Assembly (NCBI GenBank): GCA_020061515.1
Contig: JAGUYC010000066.1
Span: forward strand, 1 to 53,493
Origin: Gemmatimonadota bacterium
GTDB taxonomy: Bacteria > Orphanbacterota > Orphanbacteria > Orphanbacterales > Orphanbacteraceae
Reading direction: 5' to 3'
DNA: 53,493 nt
The notes under the pieces are model-generated. The model saw only the letters and a program-made list of their open reading frames with translations. It was not told the origin of the DNA and did not search any database. A program made the translations under genes and the position numbers. This document shows positions 20,533-32,471 of this stretch, one piece after another (within the stretch, counting starts at the first letter, position 1; each line of letters begins with the position of its first letter).

Positions 20533-23500
20533 TCACCGCCCGGTCCGGCGCGCAGCCCTTGCGAACTCCGCGAGCTCCCTCTCCACGCGATCCGCGAACG
20601 GATGCCCCGCGCGGCGATAGGCGTCCGCCCTCTCGGCGAGGAACGCGTGCTCCCAGGGAACGTGCGGCTCCCAGAGGACGATGGCGGAGGAATGCGCCTC
20701 CGGACCGAGGGCGCGCCCGATCTGGACGAGCGCGGTGAGGCGCTTCTCGTCGAGGACGTACGCCGCGAAGGGATCGCCGAGCGCGTCGAACAGCGTCCGC
20801 CTCGGCCATCTCGACGGAAAGATCGAGACCCCGCTCGATGAGATGCGGCAGGGCCCAGGGATCTCGCCGGCACGTTTCGAACGCCCGCGCGAGAAGCGCC
20901 GCCGCTTCCTCGCGCCTCTCCCCTCTCCACCTGAGAAGCGCCTCGAGAACGTCCGCGTCGGCGGCGTGCACCTCGCGCACCCGCTCGATCCAGGGCGCCG
21001 CCTCGTCCGACCCCGCCTCCGCGAGGAGATGCGCCCGCACGGTCGTTTCCATCGTCCCGAGAGATCCCGGGTCTTCGTCGAGGAGAGCCCGGGAAGCGCC
21101 CGAGATGTCCCCTTCCGCGTAGAGACCGTACGCTTCCGCCCGGCCGGCCGACGCGCTCCCCGCACCCGCCTCGGGCGGCGGCTGAATCCCTTGAAGGATA
21201 TACATTCCGAACCGCTCCCTCGAGACCCGCTCCCAATCGACCCGGCCGCGCGTTCGCTCCGGTCGGTGCTCGGAATGGGCAAGGGCGCTCCTTCTCAAGT
21301 CCTCGATGTGCTGGAGACCGCTCTGGCCGACCGTGCGAGCAAAGCCGAACTCGACGACCGGGCGGTTGTCCGTGTTCACCGGCGAAGGCCCCCAGAGGGG
21401 CGCGCGCCTCGCGAGGGGATGCCCCGCGACGAACCGGGAGAGAAAGCTCTCGAGACCGCGCGCGCGCCAGGCGTGCGCGAGGGCGGATGCGTACGGCTCC
21501 TTCTCCAGCCGGCCCCGGAGCGCCGGGACGTCGTACTCGATCGGCGTTCGGGAACAGACGAGAAGAAGGTCGTGGACCTTGGTCTGCCACGTCTCGACGT
21601 ACGGAAAGACCGAGGCGAGCGTGGCGTAGATCGTTCGGATCGTTTGCCCGTCGACTTCATACGCCTGAACCCACTGAAGGAAGAGACCGCCGTCGGAGAG
21701 GCGCGAGGAGACGGCGCGGTAGAACTCGGCCGTGAAGAGATCGGCGATGCCGGCCCGGTACGGGTTCGAGGGCTCCGACGTGATCAGGTCGTATCGATCC
21801 CGGGAGACGAGCACGATCTCGCGGGCGTCTCCGACGAAGACCCGGACCTTCGGGTTCTCCATCGCGCGCCGGTTCACCGAAGAGCATGCTCTTGCCACAT
21901 CGAGAATCGCCGGTTCGATCTCCGCGACATCGACTTTTTCCATCGTGGGGATCGACGCGAGCCATCCGGCCGTGCTTCCGGTCCCGAGGCCGATCACGAG
22001 CGCGCGCCTCGGTTCCGGGTGGAGGATCCCTCCCACCATGCCGTACATGACCTGCGTCGGAGCGTCGAGCCGCGCGTTTCCGTCGCTCTTTCCGTTGATG
22101 AGGAACGCGAGGCCCGACGTCGTCTTGAGCGCCACGCTGCTCTCCCTCCCCTCCGCTTCCCAGAGGATGCCGCGGCGGCCGGCGTGCAGCCAGTTGCGCG
22201 CGCCGTTCTCCGTCGCGTCCGGAAGCTTGACCCGGCCGGCGCCGATCGGCGTGTGCCGCCACGCGGCCGTCGGACCGGGCCCGCGAAGAAGAAGGAGCGC
22301 GATCCCCGAGACGATCACGGGGAGGAGGATCGACCGAAAGCGCCTCCTCTCTCGAACGGCGAGGACGAGCGCCGCGGCCGAGAGCGCGAGGAGGAGAAGA
22401 ACCGCGAGCCTCCACGTTCCGGGCGCGGTGAGCGTTTCCATAAGAAGGAACCCGGCCGCGAGCGAGCCGGCGATCGCGCCGATCGTGTTCCACCCGTAGG
22501 CGAGGCCGACCTCGCGCCCCACCTTCTTCCTCCCCTCGCCGAGGAGCGCGACGAGGAGCGGGAACTGATAGCCCGAGACGAGCGCGGCGGGAAGAACGAC
22601 GAGGGATGCGACCGCCGACCAGACGGCGACGCGCGGGAAGAAGTCTTCGGCGCCGAAGGGCTGCAAGCGAAGCGCGAGAAGAGCGACCCGGTCGCCGAGA
22701 GCGAGGGGGAGCGCGATCCACGCCGCTTCCAGCGCGCCGGTGAGCGCGAACGTCTCGAGGGTCGCGGGACTTCGCCGCCCGGCGACGGCATAGAGCGCGC
22801 CGCCCGCCCCGATTCCAAGTAGCACGAGCGCGAGGATGAGACCGAACGTGTACGTCGATCCGCCGAGAAGAGGCCCGAGCATTCGATACCAGACGATCTC
22901 CATCACGAGAAAGACGAAGCCGACGAGGGCGGCGGCGGGGAGGACGAAGAGCGCGGTCGGGCGGCGGGTTGCGGCGGCGACGATCTCCGTTCCTTGCTCG
23001 TCGGCGGACCGATCCGCGGCGGCGGGCGCGGAACGCGCGATGCGAAGAGCGAGAAGCCCGATCGCTCCGTTCAGCGCGCACGCGGACCAGAGGGTTTCGC
23101 GGATTCCGATCGCTTCGAGGAGAAGAAAGGTGGCGAGAAGAACGCCCGCGACGCCGCCGAGCGTGTTCGCGCCGTAGAGGAGGGCGACACCCGTCCGGTT
23201 CCGATCCTCGTCGGTCGCCGCCGCCCGCGCCGCGGCCGGAAGGGTCCCTCCCATGAGAAACGTCGGAACGCCGATCACCATCGCCGAGAGGAGGAGCCGC
23301 GCGACCGTCGCCGTCTCGATCCCGAGCGAGGGGGAACCGCCCGTCAGCACATAGAGCCGGCGAACGAGAAGGAAGAGCCCGGGCGAGAGCGCCGCGCACG
23401 CGGCGATCCCGATCTCGAGACGGCCGTAGAAGCGAAGCGCGTTCCCGATTCGATCGACCCGCCGTCCGAGCGCGAGGCCGCCGAAGCCGAGCCCCGCCAT

Positions 23501-23674
23501 AAAGATCGCGAGCACCGCCGCGGACGCCGGAGTGGAGGCGCCGAAGACCAAGCGAAACTCGCGAAGCCAAACCGCTTGATAGACGAGCGCAGAGAAGCCG
23601 GACCCGAAGAGAAGAAGAGCGACGGTTCGCGTGCGATCGCGCAAAGCAGATACCTCCGATCCGGACCGGGACAT
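20533..23674 (-). pseudogene. Fused MFS-like membrane domain/spermidine synthase-like protein with a frameshift near 20800
   Basis: FGSGFSALVYQ, PTFLMGGTLP, LVIGLGTGST, DVAEIEP, GDARE, SEPSNP; plausible C-terminus (LFDAL...EPHVPWE...ELAEF) lies in another frame ending at 20533. Confidence 0.7.
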
Positions 23675-23939
23675 CGAGAGGACGCTAGCCGGGCGGCTTC
23701 CCGCTGTCAACGGATCGGGGACGCGGGTTCGCGCGTTTCGCGTCTGCGACTCGCCTCCTCTCGGTCCGACCGGCCCAGCATCGCGCGATCGAAGCCGCTC
23801 CCGCGGAGGTGCCGGATTCCTGTGGACACGCGCGTTCGGCTGTGCGAACAATCATCATGCACACAATCGATCGTCTCGCCCCCCGCACTCGGCGACATGG
23901 ACCGCCGCACGGACCGAGGTCGTTTTTCGGAGGACCCAA

Positions 23940-26300
23940 ATGAAGACCGCCCGCTCACAGTCAAAGAACCGTCGGCTGAAGCCGATCGATCGCTACCTCC
24001 GCGCCGTGAACTTCCTCGCGGCGGCGCAGATCTATCTCAAAGACAACACGCTTCTCGAGAAACCGCTCCGTCCATCACACATCAAGGATCGCCTGCTCGG
24101 ACATTGGGGCACGTGTCCCGGCATCAACCTCGTCTACGCGCACCTCAACCGTCTTATTCTCGCGACCGACGCGAGCCTCCTCCTCCTCACCGGTCCCGGG
24201 CACGGAGCGGCGGCCAACCTCGCCAACATGTATCTCGAGGGATCCCTGGAGGAGTTCGATCCGGAATACACGCGCGATCGGGCGGGGCTCGACCGGCTGG
24301 TCAAGCGTTTCTCGTGGCCGGGAGGGTTCGCCAGCCACCTGACCCCCGCGCTGCCGGGAGTGATCCACGAGGGGGGCGAACTCGGGTACGCGCTCGCTAC
24401 CGCCTTCGGCGCCGTGCTCGACAATCCGGATCTCATCGCCGCCTGCATCGTCGGGGACGGCGAGGCGGAGACCGGGCCGACCGCCGGCGCGTGGCACAGC
24501 GCCAAGTTCCTGAACCCCGCGACCGACGGCGCGGTTCTGCCGATCCTTCTGCTCAACGAGTTCAAGATCGCCAACCCGACGATCTTCGCGAGCCTGACCG
24601 ACGAGGAGCTCACCGCGCTCTTCCTCGGGAACGGATACGTCGCCCGCATCGTGGGACACGACGATCTCGGCTCGGCGCTCGATTCGTCCTACGAGGCGAT
24701 CCGATCGCTCCAAGGAGCGGAGCGAAGAGGAAGGGCGCCCGCGCGGCCTCGGTGGCCGATGATCGTGCTCCGCACTCCGAAAGGCTGGACCGGCCCGAAA
24801 ACGATCGACGGCAAGGCGATCGAGGGGACGCATCGCGCGCACCAAGTGCCGGGGAAGGACCTGAAGACGAATCCAGCTCATCTCAAGGCAGTCGAGCATT
24901 GGCTCCGCTCCTACCGACCCGAGGAGCTCTTCGACAAGAAAGGCCGGCCGGCCGAGGACATCCTCGCCTTGTGCCCGAGCGGCGAGCGCCGCATGGCGAT
25001 GAACTCGCATGGCTTCGGCGGCCGGGTCCGCCGGCCTCTCGACCTTCCGCCTCTCGATGATCATTGGGTGGCGCTCAAGGCGCGCGGGGAGCCGCGCGTC
25101 GGAAGCATGGAAGTGCTCGGGCACTACCTGCGCGAGGTCGTCGAGCGGAACGCCGCCGCCCGCAACTTCCGCATCGTTTGTCCCGACGAGCTCGAATCGA
25201 ACCGGCTCGGCGAGGTGCTGAAGGCGACGAAGCGCCAGTACGCTTGGCCGGTGCCAAAGGAATCGGAGAACATCGCGCGGGACGGCCGCGTGCTCGAGAT
25301 CTTGAGCGAGCACAACTGCCAAGGTTGGCTGCAAGGATACCTCCTCACGGGCCGGCACGGGCTCTTTCCGTGCTACGAGGCGTTCATCACCATCGTGGAC
25401 GGTATGATGAACCAGTACGCGAAGTTCCTGAAGTCCGCGATCGAAGTTCCATGGCGGCGGCCCATTTCATCCTTGAACTATTTGCTCACCTCCGCGACGT
25501 GGCGCCAGGATCACAACGGCTATTCGCATCAGGGACCCGGCTTCATCAACAACCTGCTCACCAAGAAGGGGCACACGTACCATATCTACCTGCCGCCCGA
25601 CGCCAACTGCCTGATCTCGACCGTTCACGAGTGTCTCGCCACGACCGGGTTCATCAACCTCATCATCGCCGACAAGCAGCCGATGCCGCAGTGGCTCTCG
25701 ATGGAGGAGGCGCTCGATCACTGCCGGGCCGGCGCGTCGGTTTGGCGATGGGCGAGCACGAACGAGGGAGAGGACGCGGAGGTTCTTCTGGCCGGCTGCG
25801 GCGACACCACGACGATCGAGGTAGTCGCGGCCGCGCAGATCCTGCGCGAGGAGGTCCCCGATTGGCGCGTGCGCGTCGTCAACGTGACGAACCTCATGGT
25901 TCTCGGGATCCCGCAGAAGTACCCGCAAGGAATGGACGAAGCCGCTTTCCAGCGGATCTTCCCCCTGGATGTTCCGGTGATCTTCAACTTCCACGGCTAC
26001 ACCGCCGCCATCAAGCAGCTCTGCTGGGAGCGGCCGCAGCAGGAACGTTTCGATCTCAACGGTTATCGCGAGGAGGGGACGACGACCACCCCCTTCGACA
26101 TGCAGGTGCTCAACCGGACCAGCCGATACGATCTCGTGATCCAGACCGCCTGGAAGATGGCCGCGCGAAACCCGAGGGTTTCCGCGCGAGCCGAGGAGCT
26201 CATGCGCACGTACGCGCGAAAGCTCCGCGAGCACCGGCGGTTCATTTGGAGCGAGGGGTTCGACCCGCCCGAGATCACCGATTGGCGGTGGCGTGGATGA
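23940..26300 (+). CDS. xfp: Phosphoketolase
   Basis: GHWGTCPG, GPGHG, HEGGELGY, GDGEAETG, SEHNCQGWL, QDHNGYSHQ, YREEGTTTTPFD. Confidence 0.96.
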   Translation: MKTARSQSKNRRLKPIDRYLRAVNFLAAAQIYLKDNTLLEKPLRPSHIKDRLLGHWGTCPGINLVYAHLNRLILATDASLLLLTGPGHGAAANLANMYLEGSLEEFDPEYTRDRAGLDRLVKRFSWPGGFASHLTPALPGVIHEGGELGYALATAFGAVLDNPDLIAACIVGDGEAETGPTAGAWHSAKFLNPATDGAVLPILLLNEFKIANPTIFASLTDEELTALFLGNGYVARIVGHDDLGSALDSSYEAIRSLQGAERRGRAPARPRWPMIVLRTPKGWTGPKTIDGKAIEGTHRAHQVPGKDLKTNPAHLKAVEHWLRSYRPEELFDKKGRPAEDILALCPSGERRMAMNSHGFGGRVRRPLDLPPLDDHWVALKARGEPRVGSMEVLGHYLREVVERNAAARNFRIVCPDELESNRLGEVLKATKRQYAWPVPKESENIARDGRVLEILSEHNCQGWLQGYLLTGRHGLFPCYEAFITIVDGMMNQYAKFLKSAIEVPWRRPISSLNYLLTSATWRQDHNGYSHQGPGFINNLLTKKGHTYHIYLPPDANCLISTVHECLATTGFINLIIADKQPMPQWLSMEEALDHCRAGASVWRWASTNEGEDAEVLLAGCGDTTTIEVVAAAQILREEVPDWRVRVVNVTNLMVLGIPQKYPQGMDEAAFQRIFPLDVPVIFNFHGYTAAIKQLCWERPQQERFDLNGYREEGTTTTPFDMQVLNRTSRYDLVIQTAWKMAARNPRVSARAEELMRTYARKLREHRRFIWSEGFDPPEITDWRWRG

Positions 26301-26307
26301 GTTTCGC

Positions 26308-27423
26308 ATGAGCATCCTCGCGATCAACGCCGGCACGAGCACGCTGAAGTACGCCCTCTTCGACGACTCCTGCCGCGACGAGCGGCGGCGAGGCGTCGTG
26401 GAGTGGGACGGCGGGAGGGCGAGCGAGGCGGCGGAGACGGTCTCGCGGCTCTTGTCGCGGGAGCTCCGCGGCGGCGAGATTCGAGCCGTCGGGCACCGCG
26501 TCGTTCACGGCGGCGCGACGTTCACCGAAAGCGTTCGCGTCGATGCGGACGTGAAGCGCGAGCTGGAGCGCCTCGGGCATCTTGCACCGTTGCACAATCC
26601 GCCGGCGCTCGCGGCGATCGAGGCGGCGGAAGCGGCCCTCCCGGGCGCGACGCAGGCGGCCGTCTTCGACACCGCGTTCTTCGCGCGGCTTCCTCTCGCG
26701 CGAACCGTCTACCCGCTGCCGTACGAATGGCACGAGAAGTGGGGCGTGCGGCGGTTCGGATTTCACGGAATCAGCCACGCCTACTGCGCGGGGCGAGCCA
26801 AAGAACTGCTCGGCGGCCGGCCCGCGGAGCGGATCATCACGTGTCATCTCGGGAACGGGTGTTCGGCGGCGGCGGTCCATCGAGGCGCCGCCGTCGCCAC
26901 GACGATGGGCTTCACGCCGCTCGAGGGATTGATGATGGGCACGCGCTCCGGTTCCGTCGACCCCGGCATCCTCCTCCACGTCCAGCGGCGATGCGGTCTC
27001 GGGGCGGCCGAGCTTGAGGAGGCATTGCTTCATCGCTCGGGTCTCGTCGGCGTCTCCGGCGTATCGTCCGACTTTCGGCGCGTGCAGGATGCCGCCGATC
27101 GGGGAAACGAGCGGGCGCGTCTCGCGCTGGAGATCTACGCCGACCGGATTCGGTCTTCGGTCGGAGCGCTGGCGGTCGCGCTCGGAGGAGTCGACGCTCT
27201 CGTCTTCACCGCGGGCGTCGGCGAGAACGCCGCACGCCTTCGCGCCGCCGTCTGCGAGGGCCTGTCCTGCCTCGGGCTTGCGATCGATCCAGAGAAGAAC
27301 GCGGACTGCCGCCCCGACGCCGATGTCGCCGCTTCCTCATCGCCCGCGCGGATCCTGGTGATCCGCACCCGGGAAGAACATGCGATCGCCCGTGAAGCCG
27401 CTCGATGGGTGTCGACGACGTAG
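26308..27423 (+). CDS. ackA: Acetate kinase (alternative GTG start at 26293)
   Basis: INAGTSTLK, GHRVVHGG, APLHNP, FDTAF, GFHGISH, MGFTPLEGL, FTAGVGEN. Confidence 0.96.
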   Translation: MSILAINAGTSTLKYALFDDSCRDERRRGVVEWDGGRASEAAETVSRLLSRELRGGEIRAVGHRVVHGGATFTESVRVDADVKRELERLGHLAPLHNPPALAAIEAAEAALPGATQAAVFDTAFFARLPLARTVYPLPYEWHEKWGVRRFGFHGISHAYCAGRAKELLGGRPAERIITCHLGNGCSAAAVHRGAAVATTMGFTPLEGLMMGTRSGSVDPGILLHVQRRCGLGAAELEEALLHRSGLVGVSGVSSDFRRVQDAADRGNERARLALEIYADRIRSSVGALAVALGGVDALVFTAGVGENAARLRAAVCEGLSCLGLAIDPEKNADCRPDADVAASSSPARILVIRTREEHAIAREAARWVSTT

Positions 27424-27767
27424 TTCCCCGTGCTCCGAGCCCCGCGCCGCTCGCGCCCTAGTCCGCTCTGCCGGCCGGAAAATCTGTGCGTGAGGCCGCT
27501 TCGTAACTCCGACCATCCCCGCGATGCGACTTCGCCGCGCCCGCCTGATGAAGCAAAGTGCCGAAGTCCTCCAAAGTCAACCGGGCGTGAGTTTCTGGAA
27601 AGGGAACGGTCGGAATCGGCGAAATCCGCAGCAGGCCGCCGATGGAGCTTGAAGAGCTCCTTGGTCTCCGGTAGGCTCGTAACGGTCCTAGGCAATCCCC
27701 TGTGCGTCCCCGGTTTGGCTCTCATGCGCCGCGCCGAACATCGCAAAACCCGATGGAGGACTTCGTC

Positions 27768-28271
27768 ATGCGCGCTCTCTTTGACGGCTGGAAGAAGTGC
27801 TTGTTGTTCCCCGCAGCGTTCCTTCTGGCAGTTGGTCTCGGTACCGGCTGCGGCGGCGATGACGACAACGGCACCGGCCCCGACAACGGAGGCGGCGTCA
27901 ATGAACAGATCGCGTTCACCTTCGACGGAACGCAATACACAGGCGATCTATGCATGGCCAATTACATGGTCGGTGACGACGCAACCAGCCTTACCACCGG
28001 AGACGGGGACAGCTGGGCTCTGCTTATTGACTTCCCCGGAAGCAGCACAGGATCCTTCAACGCGGCCGACGGGGTATACGCCATGCTGACCCTCGCGCCG
28101 CACCTGTACCAATCAGAGGAATTCGTGATCGCGGTAACGGCCTATGGCGGGATCGGCGCGGCAGTCACGGGAACCTTCTCCGGGACTCTTGTCCATATCG
28201 CGGACGAGAATGACGTGAAGCAGATCACCAACGGAACCTTCACGGCGGAGAGACTGTCGAACGTCCAGTAG
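27768..28271 (+). CDS. Hypothetical lipoprotein
   Basis: GGAGG RBS; lipobox LGTGC followed by GGDDDNG; beta-rich body ending ITNGTF. Confidence 0.75.
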   Translation: MRALFDGWKKCLLFPAAFLLAVGLGTGCGGDDDNGTGPDNGGGVNEQIAFTFDGTQYTGDLCMANYMVGDDATSLTTGDGDSWALLIDFPGSSTGSFNAADGVYAMLTLAPHLYQSEEFVIAVTAYGGIGAAVTGTFSGTLVHIADENDVKQITNGTFTAERLSNVQ

Positions 28272-28305
28272 TTCCGGTGACAGGCTACCGAACCCGCGGA
28301 ATGCA

Positions 28306-28426
28306 GGGACGCCATACCCATTCTCGCCGGGATCCAACGACGAACCTTTGGGATCCGGCCACGCTTCCTTGGAAGAAGGGTCCGGCGAGCGGGTGATCGA
28401 AAGGGCGGGAATGCCTATGGCGTCCC
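28306..28426. repeat. 121-bp miniature inverted-repeat (REPIN/MITE-like) element with GGGACG...CGTCCC ends
   Basis: GGGACGCCATACCCATTCTCGCC (28306-28328) versus GGCGGGAATGCCTATGGCGTCCC (28404-28426), 20 of 23 positions complementary. Confidence 0.7.
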
Positions 28427-28516
28427 CGAATTTGCGAATGGGCGCGCTCCGGGTTCCCGAGGCTCCGTCCTCTCACGAGGCGGAGCCTGCGGGAAACTCG
28501 GAGCGGTTCACCTCGC

Positions 28517-30721
<2,205 letters not shown>

Positions 30722-30851
30722 CTAACACACGAAACCGACCCCGATCCAGGAACGGGTCGAGCGGCGATCGGCCTCTTCGTCTCGAACCGGGAGACATCAC
30801 CGTTCCACGGTTCCCACTGACCCCTCTTCCGGATCCGGGCGTGCCGACGGA

Positions 30852-31259
30852 TCATGCTTCCCTCTTCTTGAAGCGTCCTCGAATCACGATCATGTAGTCG
30901 GTGATCTCCGCGTCCTTGATCGAATCGAGACCGGAGACCGACAGCTTCTCCCAGGGGACGTCCCGCATCTCCCCTGTCTCCGAGTCGATGAAATGGTGGT
31001 GCCTGGAGACGTTCGAGTCGAAGACCGTCCCGGGTCCGAACGGGTGCTGGCGCAAGAGGCCTTTCTCGTTCATGAGGTTCAGCGTGTTGTACACCGTCGC
31101 TCGGGAGATGACGGGCAGGCGCTCTCGAACGTTCCGCAGGACCGTCTCCGCGCTCGGGTGCGTCTCGTTCCCCAGCACATAGAGGGCGATGGCCACCCGA
31201 TGAGCGGAAGGCCGAATCCCATGCGCGCGAAGAAGATCAACGACTTCGATATCCGTCAT
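30852..31259 (-). CDS. Fur-family (PerR/Irr-like) regulator
   Basis: THPSAE, ISRATVYNTL, HHHFID without CxxC; directly upstream of katG. Confidence 0.88.
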   Translation of the reverse strand: MTDIEVVDLLRAHGIRPSAHRVAIALYVLGNETHPSAETVLRNVRERLPVISRATVYNTLNLMNEKGLLRQHPFGPGTVFDSNVSRHHHFIDSETGEMRDVPWEKLSVSGLDSIKDAEITDYMIVIRGRFKKREA

Positions 31260-31266
31260 GGAAGAT

Positions 31267-31297
31267 AGACTAGTTCCAGATCTTGACTCTGTCAAGA
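31267..31297 (-). promoter_or_regulatory. Sigma70 promoter of the regulator-katG unit inside a perfect palindrome
   Basis: TTGACA 31295-31290, 17 nt, TAGTCT 31272-31267, ATG 7 nt downstream; palindrome TCTTGAC-tct-GTCAAGA at 31281-31297. Confidence 0.65.
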
Positions 31298-31321
31298 GGA
31301 CAATCGAACTAGGTAGAACTA

Positions 31322-32453
31322 GGGACGTAGTTCCGCACGTTCCGTTCAGCGCGACTCGTTCTCGGTCATGACCGACCGGTCGAGCATCGTCGCTCCACGC
31401 TCCACCGCCCGGAGGACGCTGGACTGCGAGACATGAAGTTCGCGGGAGAGGACGGCTACCGAAAGGCCCAGCCGGTGGACGCCCAAGTGGCAGGCGATGC
31501 TCCGCGCTTGCAGGACGCTCCTTCGTCGCCCGCCTCCGGTGATTTCTGAGATGGAGAGTCCGTATTGGGCCGAGATCGTGCCCAGGATCTCCTCGAACTC
31601 TCTCATGCGCTTTTCTACCGAACGGGATCTCTCCCGAGCCTCCCGCTCGGCTTGCCCAAGTACGGACTCCACGAACTGCCCTTCGCCCAGGATCCGATCG
31701 TCGCGGGCCTCATTCGATCCCGACTCTGTCCTTGGAGGACCCCACGGATTCTCCTCGCCGGATGAAGTCCCGCCGCCGGCAAACGTTTGGACATCCGCTC
31801 GCCCCGCATCCGATCGCATGAAATCTTCGAGGCGCTTGCGTGCGGGCCCGACCCTGCTCCCGAACCGGGACAACACCGCCTCCGTATCCTGCCAGGAGCG
31901 CTCGACCTTCCCCATGAGTGCGCCGTGGCCGCTCCATGGGTACGACTCGAGCCCGGCGAGGTCGGGCACGATGCCGGCACGCACGGGGTTCAGATGAATG
32001 TATCGGACCAAAGCAAGCAGGTACGGCTCCTCGTCGACCACCTTCGAGCGGTAGCGGTTCTCGAAGAGATGGCCCACTCTCCGATGCGTCTTGTTGAACC
32101 GGATTGCGTAGCCGGTCAAGAGACGCTGCATGATTCTCGAGAGCGGCTGTGTACCGGTCCTGATCGCGAGGTGGATATGATTCGGCATCAGGCACCACGC
32201 GTAAACGAACGCAGCATCCTTCTCGCAGCTGCTCTGGAGACGATTGAGGAAATCGTCACGGTCGCGGCCGGACCGGAAGATCACGCAACGGTCGATTCCG
32301 CGGGCACGAACGTGATGGAGCAAACCGGGAATATCGATTCGAGGCTGTCTTGGCACCCGTGTCTCCATTTCGGGGGAGCGAACGGCCCGAAGAATGCGAG
32401 AAGTCACCACGCTCGGTCGATGACGACGAACGGAAGCAACGGAACTACGTCCC
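31322..32453 (-). mobile_element. Y1/RAYT-like element bounded by 26-bp imperfect inverted repeats
   Basis: GGGACGTAGTTCCGcacgTTCCGTTC (31322-31347) and GAACGGAAgcaaCGGAACTACGTCCC (32428-32453). Confidence 0.75.
31346..32356 (-). CDS. Y1 (HUH) RAYT-like transposase with C-terminal DnaA-C-like HTH
   Basis: HHVRARG, AWCLMPNHIHL (HUH), GHLFENRY, YIHLNPVRAG, YPWSG; helical C-terminus ARSIACHLG. Confidence 0.88.
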   Translation of the reverse strand: MPRQPRIDIPGLLHHVRARGIDRCVIFRSGRDRDDFLNRLQSSCEKDAAFVYAWCLMPNHIHLAIRTGTQPLSRIMQRLLTGYAIRFNKTHRRVGHLFENRYRSKVVDEEPYLLALVRYIHLNPVRAGIVPDLAGLESYPWSGHGALMGKVERSWQDTEAVLSRFGSRVGPARKRLEDFMRSDAGRADVQTFAGGGTSSGEENPWGPPRTESGSNEARDDRILGEGQFVESVLGQAEREARERSRSVEKRMREFEEILGTISAQYGLSISEITGGGRRRSVLQARSIACHLGVHRLGLSVAVLSRELHVSQSSVLRAVERGATMLDRSVMTENESR

Positions 32454-32471
32454 CGAGAGAGGATTCGCGTC

